This document shows positions 10,695-20,404 of a stretch of DNA of 20,404 nt, one piece after another. Source of the DNA: Ginkgo biloba (taxonomy: Eukaryota > Plantae > Ginkgophyta). The stretch is from positions 139,031,442-139,051,845 of the forward strand of contig JANKJI020000002.1 in assembly GCA_024626585.2 (NCBI GenBank), read 5' to 3'. Below the pieces are notes generated by a model. It saw only the letters and a list, made by a program, of their open reading frames with translations. It was not told where the DNA came from and made no database searches. Numbering within the stretch: the first letter of the stretch is position 1; each line of letters opens with the position of its first letter. The position numbers were made by a program, and so were the translations under genes.

Positions 10695-12171
10695 TGATGT
10701 GCGAAAGAGGTCGTTCCTAAGGATGGAAGAATATGATCTCCAAAGCACTTAATGTTGCATTTCTATCCTTAGAAAAATGGCTTGTATCTCCTAAGGCAAG
10801 CCAAATTAGAAAATGTTTCAAGAGACAAAAGTGATCAATAATATAGTAAGATATACTTACTAGCAAAATTTCAACCCGAATTAAAAGGTTGAATTTTACC
10901 TCAATTTTTGTGTTAGCATCCTTACCACTTAGAAATCTATATTCTAAAATATTTTCAACCTTATAAGTAACTTGTTATTCTAGAACAAATTCTAAAATAA
11001 TTTAGATGACCTCAAAAACTATGAATCAAAGCTTTCTCCTTACATGTTGGTAGTACAATGACCTAGAACTCTCCAAACTAAAGGATTTAGTCCTTCTAAC
11101 AACTTTTATCTTTTAAGGGTGGATCTAAACCCATATAGAAACACCCTAAAAAGAAGTATTTTAATATTCTTATAATATTGAGAAAGAAGAAGAATAAAAG
11201 TTTGGATAGAATAAGACTAATTATATTAATCCTCTCTTAGATTGGAAGAATCATTGAAACTCAAAAGCAAATTAGTATTCTTAGCAAGATAATATGAGAA
11301 TACAATGAATATAACATTTGAATTACAAATCTTAAGGCTCTCTTATATAGATTATCCATGGAAAAAAAATGGAGATTTTCCATGTAGATCCAAGGTCATG
11401 CAATAATTCAACTAACTAAGGACTTTCTAGCCATGCAAGGAGTCCTTTAGTTATCAAGTCCACGTAGACATCCATTAACTACGGAGTTCATCCATGCAAG
11501 GAGACCTACAATGAGGAAAAATATGGATGGTGGACACTGTGCCATTTAGGAGAAAACCTATAGTGAGGAAAAACTCCTCAATAATTATAGGATAAATACA
11601 ATAAATTCTCAAAAAGGATTCTATAAGGTCATAGATCCCTTCTAGAGTATTTAAGAATAGAATCTCCCCTCTAAAGTGATTCCCTTTAAGGCTCATAAGC
11701 CACTAATGTCTATGCCATAGGACTTCCCATAAATCCTTGAGCCCCTATTAACTCATCAATCTATCTTATTTTACATGTTTTATCTCAATTTAATGGAATT
11801 TTATAAAGGTTTACCTTAATGTGTTTGACTATATGTATACATATAATANNNNNNNNNNNNNNNNNNNNNNNNNNNNNNNNNNNNNNNNNNNNNNNNNNNN
11901 NNNNNNNNNNNNNNNNNNNNNNNNNNNNNNNNNNNNNNNNNNNNNNNNAGACTATGCCACATATAATAAAACCTATGGCAAGGAAAAATAATTAAATAAT
12001 TATAAGATAAATACATTAAATCCTTAAAAAAGAAACCACAAAGTCATATCCCCCCTTTAGAGTGTCTACACATAAAACCTCTCTTCTAAAGTGTTAATAC
12101 CTTTGGGGTTTGTAAGCCTCTAATGGATATACCATAGGACATCCTCAAGTCCTTGATCCCCTGTTATCTCA
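10695..12171 (-). mobile_element. 3' LTR (~1.5 kb) of a chromovirus-type Ty3/gypsy element
   Basis: Starts TGAGATAAC (12171) a few bases after the PPT, contains a TATA box CTATATAAGA (11350-11341), and plausibly ends ...TTTCGCACATCA (10695). The left boundary is inferred because there is no second LTR to compare. Confidence 0.55.
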
Positions 12172-12175
12172 TTAA

Positions 12176-12187
12176 TTCCTCCCCTCT
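12176..12187 (-). other. Polypurine tract (AGAGGGGAGGAA)
   Basis: Purine run between the end of the integrase/chromodomain and the LTR-initial TG. Confidence 0.7.
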
Positions 12188-12189
12188 AA

Positions 12190-15100
12190 GGTAGTAATGG
12201 ACCCCATTGCTTGACCCAAAAGGTGTGGAAACTCCATCTTCAATTTATCCAAAGTGATCTTATTTTCCTTATGTGGATATTGTCCCTCCTTCCCAACCAA
12301 GTAAGAATCAATATTTGAATACCTTGTATTCTTTACCTAATGCTTGAAGATCCTATATTTCTAAATAAACTTTGTACAATTTAGTTATAAATCATTTAGA
12401 TATTGAGGAAGAATTGTAGCTAACTCATCTAATAGTGATGGCTCATAAAGCCTTGGCTTGTTCACATTGAACATTGGTTGTAGACCCATGTATGAAGGCA
12501 AGTATTGAAAAACATTCTCTTCAAACTGCTCTAAGATGGTATAAGGATGAAACCAAAGTGGCTTATTCTTCTTCTCCTTGTCTTTGAACCTTTATTGTGG
12601 TAGATAGAGCCATAATTAAAAAAATGTGATCTACCTAGTACTTATCACTTGCTTAAAAAAATCCTTATGTACCTAATTATGAATTTGCTAAATGTTCTCA
12701 ATGAAATATGTTACTTGTGTAGGGGTTTTCTTCTTAGAAGAAAAAGAAGTGGGAGAAAAAGTTGATATGTAAGAATTAATATGTGAGTTAAGAAGGAATT
12801 CCAAATAAGCCTCAAAAGGGAAGAGGCTAAGAGAATAATACATAACCCTATTATAGCTGTGCTATATGTATAGAAGGGACTCATCCCTTATCTTGGGACA
12901 TCGATAATTATATATCCTTAGTGTATGTACAAGTGTCATATTGATAACCTCCATTTCTCCATCTATCTCTCAATGAAAGGCAACTGACCTCTTAAGCTTA
13001 GTGTCTATCAACCCCTATAAAATAGTCCAAAAGTGAATAAGGAATTTGTTATCCTGATATGAAATGATAGAGGAAGGAAACCTATAACAAACATAAACAT
13101 GTGTCAAGAATAACTTGATAACTTGAGGTACGAATATGGTCTTCTGACATGTTATAAAAATTGGCATTTTGCTAAATCTATCAACAACTACAAGAATGTA
13201 GTCATGTCCATGCTATGTTAGAGATAATCCTCCTAAGAATTCTATGGAGATATAATCCCAAGGCCTATCAAGAAGCGAGAGATGTCAATACTTTCCAGGA
13301 TTCATATTGGAAGCCTTCGAGATGCAATAGAGTAAACCTTATATGATATGCGTCTCCACATCAACTTGCTTCTTCGACCAATATAAATAGTGTTGTATAT
13401 GTGCCAAAATCTTCTTGATTTTAAATTTATCATCCACCCTATATTGATGTGCCTCTCCAATCAATCGAGTTTAATGAATCCCACTATGTATATTTAATAA
13501 ACCTAGTTTATACAATAAATCATTCATGAGATGAAAATCTCTCATGGAGTCCTCTTTTGTAGTTAGAGAATCTAAAAAATGTGCCATAATATAGTCATAC
13601 TCTAAATAATACAATATAACTCTTTTTACTTAAATAATCTAAAGCATATAGTAACATCTAGCACTTATATAAATGAGTGCATATGTGATCTTTTAAATAA
13701 ATATGATATCCTATTGTTGTTTCCCTTCTTGTCTTTGATGATGATGTGAAATTATTGCAAGTAGCCCATCCACTTAACTAGTCAGTAATTCTCAAGCTTG
13801 GTATATGAATGCAAGAACTAGAGTGTCTATTGATCTAAGTGGGCAATAGTCTCCTTTTATAGGAGATAATTCTTGTAGTGCTTTATAGATTACACTATAG
13901 CATAAATCTCCTTATGGCGTGTGTATAACTTTGAATTGAATTGGTAAAAATTTACAATGAAAAGAAATAGGTTTGTCCAGCTATATGAGGATTTCCCCAA
14001 TAACATATATTGATGCATCATATTCTATTTCAAATGGTAACCATAATCTTGTTATAGCCAAAACTATCATGATGCATAACATACACTTTAATAACTCAAA
14101 AGCATCTTACTACTCCTTATTCCACACAAAATAACTCTTTTCCTTCATAAGATAATGCAAGGAAGAATAAATATAAAAAAATCCATGGATGATTTACTAT
14201 ATAAATTTACTAATATAGTAAAACTACTAACCTCATAAATGTTTACAAGCTTTTGTTAGTCTCATAAAACTTTAATCTTCATTAGATTTGACCTTAATTA
14301 GGCAAGGACAAAAATACCTACTAATCCAACATTTCTTCAAAAAAAAAATTAGGATTAAAATACAATTAGACAATAATTCTCGAAAATAATGATGTGTAAA
14401 AGAGGAGCTAGCACAAATGTTGTGAGAACACCACACAACAAAAGTATAAGTACAACTAAAAATGAAGCCCATAAAGATAAACTGCCGTCCCTTATAAACC
14501 AAAACTAATCGAACCAATCATTTCACGGATCACCACAGACGTTGTTCTCAATCCAATCGACTTCTGGACAATCCTGACACTGATGACAGTGTACATGCTC
14601 ACGGGCAAGTCATGAGCAGATCCAAAAGGTGTCCACTACTTTGGAAGTTTATATATGCAAGATGCTTTGTGTCGGTGTCAACATGCAACTTAGAACTGTA
14701 GGTGCATGTGGTCCACAACGTTGTCAGCCGCTTTTGAAGGAATCTTGCACTAATCATTGCAGGATGACCATATAATATCCTTTGGCCACACACGAAGATG
14801 TAGTGGGTAAGGTGCTGTATAGTCGGTGCTTGTTTTGGGAGGNNNNNNNNNNNNNNNNNNNNNNNNNNNNNNNNNNNNNNNNNNNNNNNNNNNNNNNNNN
14901 NNNNNNNNNNNNNNNNNNNNNNNNNNNNNNNNNNNNNNNNNNGGTAGGTGTATTGATTAGCCCAAAAGGCATGAATAACTCATAAAACCCTTGCTTTATC
15001 TTGAATGTAGTCTTACATGTATCCTCCTCCTTGATGTGCACCTTTTGGTAGTTAGAATTTGAATCTATCTTGTTGAAATACTTGGATCCTTATAACTAGT

Positions 15101-15690
15101 TGCAAAGATCATAAATATAAAGAAGTAGGTATCAATTCCTAGCTATAGTTTTATTGATATCTCTAAAGTCCATGCATATTTTCCACCTACCATATTTGTC
15201 ACTAAATAATTGATGACCCACATTGAGAGGAACTTCGCTTGATATGCCCTTTTTCTAATATCTCCTCTAATTGTCTCTTTATTTCTTCATTCTCTAATAT
15301 TGACTTTCTATAAGGTACTCCATTAGGAAATGGTGTTTTGGGGACTAAGTGAATGGCTTGAGAGATAGCCTTTCTAAAGAAAGGCCTTACAAAGATTTGA
15401 AGACAACTTCATACTCCCTCAAAATTCCCTTAATTTTTTTATCCTAGGTCATATTATATATAGTAGTTTGAAACTACTCTTAAGTTTTATAACTCAACTT
15501 ATTCTTGTTCCTAAACATGATTAGCACAAATTTTTAAATGCCTAAACCAATTGATTAACTTGAGAGATATTATAAGAACATACCTAATGGTGATGGGTTT
15601 TCCATCTTTGTACAATTCAAATTTTTCTTAATAAGGGGTTATCTTAGTTCTCCTATCATGTAAGAATGGAATACCTATGATCTCCTATTT
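12190..15690 (-). mobile_element. Degenerate Ty3/gypsy (chromovirus-type) pol: protease end, RT, RNase H, integrase, chromodomain-like tail
   Basis: IGIPFLHDR (~15680); PYRKSILENEEIKRQLEEILEKGHIKRSSSQCGS; WKICMDFRDINK...YFNKID; HIKEEDTCKTTFKIKQGFYELFMPFGLINTPT; FEIEYDAS..IGEIL (~14030); PWDYISIEFLGGL..HGHDYILVVVDRFSKM (~13260); HPYTILEQ...MFNV (GPY/F motif, ~12550); YLVGKEGQYP...EFPHL. Confidence 0.92.
14421..14842 (-). mobile_element. Younger LTR inserted into the RT of the gypsy element (other end lost in the N gap)
   Basis: Abrupt CpG-rich segment ending ...TGTTCTCACA (minus; TG at 14421 on +), with TATA GCATATATAAAC (14658-14647). RT reading frames flank it on both sides. Confidence 0.7.
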
Positions 15691-16102
15691 TGGATGGGAG
15701 GGGACAAGTAGATTAAGGAATATACTTGTGAGGTGCACATTGACTAAGAAAGCTCATTTAGCTTTGATATAAATGAAAATTATACAAATAATATAATAAA
15801 AGAGAATTGAACATAATAAAATATGCGCATAAAGAATTCTTGGCTATATACATTAACTGCACCTAGAGATACATAGTTGAAATTGAAGCTCGGTCAGAAG
15901 AAACATGGAGAAGGATGAATATCTTATTATAATGATTTAGAGGTTTACAACTCCATGAGAACCATTACATGCCTTTGAATATACTATATGTTGAGAAAAG
16001 TAGTAGAGTCCAAGGATGCCTTATAGAATAAAAAATATAAAACAAAAAGAATCCATGGTCATGGGTTTCCTAGCTATGTGGAAATGAAACCCAAAATGGG
16101 TC

Positions 16103-16106
<4 letters not shown>

Positions 16107-16152
<46 letters not shown>

Positions 16153-16243
16153 NNNNNNNNNNNNNNNNNNNNNNNNNNNNNNNNNNNNNNNNNNNNNNNN
16201 NNNNNNNNNNNNNNNNNNNNNNNNNNNNNNNNNNNNNNNNNNN

Positions 16244-16296
<53 letters not shown>
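16107..16296. repeat. Compound microsatellite (TG)17 followed by (AG)n, interrupted by an N gap
   Basis: Seen directly. Confidence 0.98.
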
Positions 16297-16301
<5 letters not shown>

Positions 16302-17095
16302 AATTTGAATATACTTTTGTAGATTCTTCTCCGGATAGTTTTAGAGAAGAATCTATTACAATATAAGATTGAAGAGAGAGAATAAGGAGTTAAATATTAT
16401 TGCTTTGAATAAATTCTAAATTTAGTAGTCAATATTTCTAAGTATGGGAAATGATTCCACATGTCTAATGTTGTAAATAATATGGAGACAATAAAAACAT
16501 ATTCCAAGTAATGTGATCTAAAATTTTGGTTGGATCACGTGTTCCTTTTCTAGAGACGATGCACCCCATCATCTTCATTTAGATTAAGAAGTCTTGTTGT
16601 TGATATGAATGAAAAATTGATGATTAAAATTGCTAATTATAAACTATCAACTAAGCTAAATTTGACGGATCATGAAATGTTTAAATGTAATATTCATTGA
16701 TTAAGATCATTATGGTCATTGTAAATGCAAGGAACAAGAAGTAATGGAAAAGAACTTCTATGCTTAATTGGGATTACTTTTCGTAAAGCCAATTGCAAGC
16801 CTTTTTTTTTTAACACCACCTCATGGGGGTTCATGTCTATGAACTTGGAAATCTATCTATATGGAGTCTTCTTTATGAGTTGACAAATGTTGCTAGCCAA
16901 TTGGTTGGACATTTATAACCTATTAAACCCTTATTAAATCCCTTATTGCTGAAATAAGGACTTTATGTAGCTTATATTAACAATACATGCATTCACAGTT
17001 AAATCATTATTATAAAACCTTATATGTTATAATTTGAAATGTAATTGCTGCACATAGTCTTATATGGAATAAATATTTATGAACAACATCTTAAT

Positions 17096-17421
17096 TGTAG
17101 AAACAGAATACTAGAATTAGTCTAATATCCAAAAAATATGAACACAAGACACATAAATTGGATAGAATTGGTCTACCTTCAATTCATTAACTCTGTATTG
17201 ATATGTACATAGCCTCAACCTATATATATATAATTTACATTTTGAAATAACTGTTCCTATATACGACACTTGTCTAGTAACTCTTGACATGTGTCAACAT
17301 AGGGACAAACCTAAGAATGACTCACCCCTAAGACACTTTGACCCTTAATTAAAACTTAGGTATCACAATATTAGGTTGTGACCCTGATTACAAAATGTAA
17401 ACATTAATATATATTCTAACA
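17096..17421 (-). repeat. Copia 3' LTR (326 bp, TGTTAGAA...CTACA)
   Basis: Bounded by the PPT and the TSD; TG..CA termini. Confidence 0.85.
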
Positions 17422-18074
17422 CTTCCCCTTAATGTTTACATCATTACACTTGATACCAATACCATCCCTGAACTTCTAGAATTTGTCACAAGACAGAGGT
17501 TTAGTGAATATATCAACAACTTGATATTTAGCAGGCTTGTACATCAACTCAATATCCCCATTCTAGATCAACTCCTAGATAACATAATGACGAACTTCAA
17601 TGTGTTTGGCCCTTGCATGAAACATAGGATTTGTTGATAGCTTCAACGTACTCTGATTATCATAGTATAGCTTCGTCACATCTTTCTAATCAAGTCCCAT
17701 ATCACCAAGAATCTGTCTCAACTAGATGGATTCAGATGCAGTTGCAACTGCAACTTGTATTCTACTTATGTCGAGTATAGGGCAATGATCGATTGCTTTT
17801 CACTACTCCATGTGACTACAACTGATCCCAAACTGAAAGAGTAACCAGATATAGATCTCCTTGTGTTAGCACATCTGGCCTAATCTGAATCTGTATAGCC
17901 CTCTAACTCAAAGTTATCGTTCTAAAAAAACTCAAATGCATACTGCAATGTTCCTTGCAGATATCTCAGAATTCNNNNNNNNNNNNNNNNNNNNNNNNNN
18001 NNNNNNNNNNNNNNNNNNNNNNNNNNNNNNNNNNNNNNNNNNNNNNNNNNNNNNNNNNNNNNNNNNNNNNNNNN

Positions 18075-18261
18075 TTGGGGTTCATAACAAACCTTGTTCT
18101 TGGATAAGACACCTGTTCAACAACTCTCGACATGTGTCAACATAGGGACAAACTTAAGGATGACTCACCTCTATGACACTTTGGCACTTAATTACAACTT
18201 AGGTATCACAACATTAGGTTGTGACGCCGATAACATGTAAACATTAATGCATATTTTAATA
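18075..18261 (-). repeat. Copia 5' LTR (partial, runs into gap)
   Basis: About 85% identical to the 3' LTR over ~167 bp by manual count. The terminal TG has decayed to TA. Confidence 0.85.
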
Positions 18262-19479
18262 TTAATTACTTTGTCATAATTTATATGGTATTAAACAGAA
18301 AAATAATTTGATTGGTTAATAAATTGATTAATGATGTTAGATTGTGAAGGCCTATGATGAATCCAACTGAGTCTATGAATCTATAGGCCATTGACCTAAA
18401 CATTGAATAAGAATGGTGGATCATATAGATGTTTCTTATTCACCAAATAACCCTTTTAAAAATAATCTAAATTATTTGTTCAAGAGGCATTATTATTGGT
18501 GGGCCTTTCTTAGTAGTGGTGTTAATGCATTTGAGTAACAAAGTTAAATTGATGCCATTAAAAGATGATTAAAAGATAATTAAAAGATAATCAGTGGTAG
18601 TATGAGAAGACACTACATTTAGACAATTAAAGGAACAATAATGAACTAACAATCTAGCCATTGTTTCTTGATCTTTGTATTGAGTATGGCCTATTCTATA
18701 TGTTGAACTATGAAAGCATTGAGGCTAATTGAAGACTTGGGCCATTCACACCATTTAAAATCTATTGAAGGGTGGCATTTTCCCACTTGTTTCAAGATTT
18801 TACCATCCCCTAGTGATGGTTATGTGCATTCAAACCACTCACGAGGTTGGATTTTTTCAATAAGGTGATAGTGTTGGATTTATAAATTATTGATGTAAAT
18901 TATTAAAACATTAAGTAAATTGTTACTTTTAGCTTCTTTTAGTTGAATTCCCAAATCCTTAACAGAGTGAGAAAGTATAATCATTCTCTAGTAGGTGGGA
19001 TAGATAATTTTCAAATGTAACAAGGGTAGTCATATGGATGAATTCAATTGGCATGGATTAGTTTTTCTTTATGTGATTTCTATTAGATAGAGACACTACA
19101 CTTGGTTTGCATTTCATTCAAAGAAGTGGAGATGCATGTTGGAAAATGAGATTTTAACGTAAATTTAATATTCTAAAGGAGTTGAAGGGACATAAATGTT
19201 GAAAGGTCAAAGGTANNNNNNNNNNNNNNNNNNNNNNNNNNNNNNNNNNNNNNNNNNNNNNNNNNNNNNNNNNNNNNNNNNNNNNNNNNNNNNNNNNNNN
19301 NNNNNNNNNNNNNNNTGAAAGCTTCTCCTATTCCTTCTCCTTAGTCTTAGTGTTAACTAGTATAATGGAAAGATAAAGTTTGTCTGATGTGATGGTCAAC
19401 GTAGGAATGTTTCTTTTATCCTTTTACTTTTGTTGATGAAGTGACCTTAATGCCTTCTTTAGATGCAAATTATAGCCTA

Positions 19480-20075
19480 ATTTACTTCATTGTGCATGGT
19501 CTTCTAATAGTGGTCACACTTCCTAGTGTAATCAAAATAATATATCTTCTTATCTTTCTTATAATAAGATGAGGAAAATAAGTAGTTTCTATTTGTCCTT
19601 TCTCTAAAAGGTTTATGTAGTTCTCTTATGTGTTTTGACCTTAGAAGCATATCTATAGGCATCCTACATGGAATGGAGGGGAAATAGCTCCACCTCATAT
19701 TTAAGATAATACTATAGACCTCATAAGAATTTGAGAACCATATTTTCCTTTGGTTCTTTAATCTCCATTTTGATGCACAAATCCTAGAACTCTTCATAAT
19801 AATCTTTTAGAGATTGACTAGTCTTCAGATGTAAGTGCTACTAGGTACAACTCATACTTATAACTAGGAGAATATAAATTATGCCTCAATTCTTTCTTAA
19901 ACTCCAACTAAGAAGAAATTAGAGAATTATTTTCTTACTCCCTTTCTCGACAGTAAGATTTGTACCACAATAAGACTTTGTGGGATATCTTCAATTGAAC
20001 AAACATAAATTCTTTTGAATTAGAATACGATTGAAAAGAATAATAAAATTCTAATGCTTGAATCCATGATTTGAG
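19480..20075 (-). mobile_element. Degenerate Ty3/gypsy gag (chromovirus-type)
   Basis: WIQALEFYY...FVQLKISHKVLLWYKSY...S*LEFKKELRHNLYSPSY...YYEEF*DLCIKMEIKE...VLKFL*GL...EVELF...DAYRYASKV, followed by a decayed Zn-knuckle-like YFDYTRKCDH. Confidence 0.8.
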
Positions 20076-20404
20076 TGACTTTATATTCATTTTTCTATAA
20101 AACATTTATATATATTCAACATTTTGTAAAGAAAAAGGAGACAATATAGTAGATGATAAAGGAGGAGTAATAGATAAAGAAAGAAGAGGAGAAGACATTT
20201 AAACCATTTGTGTTAGTACTACTATAGATGGCACACTTGATAAAGATACTTAAGCGTATACTTTCTCTATTAAGTTTATAAGTTTTGTCATCATCTTCTG
20301 GATCTCCTTCCATTCTCTTTTCATCTATTGTATCATAGCTTGCATCTACTCCACTTAATGTTTGAGAGTACCTTCAAGGTGCTCTCTCACTTGGATGACT
20401 TTAT

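Larger units (their letters stand above)
17096..18261 (-). mobile_element. Ty1/copia LTR retrotransposon, most of the internal region hidden in a 100-N gap; TSD TTAAT
   Basis: TTAAT at 17091-17095 and 18262-18266. The LTR copies align at 17252-17421 versus 18095-18261. PPT AAGGGGAAG (17430-17422). RNase H motifs RILRYLQGT, LEGYTDSD*A..RRSISGY, WSSEKQS, DNQS, PMFHARAKHIEVRH, DIFTKPL. Confidence 0.93.

Noticed and set aside
16021-16322. SL/TH/RE/CV-repeat ORFs
   Set aside because: Translations of the microsatellite and gap.
17448-17460. TGATACCA as a tRNA-Met PBS
   Set aside because: It lies at the end of the copia RNase H coding region next to the PPT, the wrong position for a PBS.
19504-19797. 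97-aa ORF as a novel gene
   Set aside because: Off-frame reading of the decayed gag.
20379-20400. GTGCTCTCTCAC resembling a miR156 target site
   Set aside because: Only the first half matches; the CTTCTGTCA portion is absent and there is no precursor hairpin.
1-20404. CRISPR array, tRNA/rRNA or a prokaryotic defence operon
   Set aside because: No regularly spaced repeats, RNA-gene motifs or dense ORFs; the sequence is eukaryotic TE-rich DNA.

Overview
AT-rich, CpG-depleted eukaryotic DNA from a gapped draft assembly. It is most consistent with a large land-plant genome (gymnosperm-like; inference from the plant-type Ty1/Ty3 elements and a very long TE-filled intron). Most of the window is decayed, nested LTR retrotransposons: a + strand Ty3/gypsy pol with archaeal-type RNase H (~1.8-3.3 kb), a + strand gag remnant (~4.9-5.3 kb), a - strand integrase-like remnant with a decayed extra ORF (6.7-9.1 kb), a - strand chromovirus-type Ty3 element with pol, PPT and a ~1.5 kb 3' LTR (10.7-15.7 kb), a younger LTR nested in its RT, a Ty1/copia element with both LTRs and a TTAAT target-site duplication (17096-18261), and a - strand gag (19.5-20.1 kb). 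The only apparently intact host sequence is the terminal coding exon (10548..10312, - strand, 78 aa + TGA) and 3' UTR of a gene I cannot name. Its peptide has a motif spacing like a divergent GNAT fold, and its 3' UTR carries three related stem-loops sharing UCC-AAUNNNR-GG. That exon plus structured UTR is the most interesting item. No prokaryotic system, CRISPR array or RNA gene is evident. Almost all other ORFs in the supplied track are gap artefacts, microsatellite translations or off-frame TE fragments.
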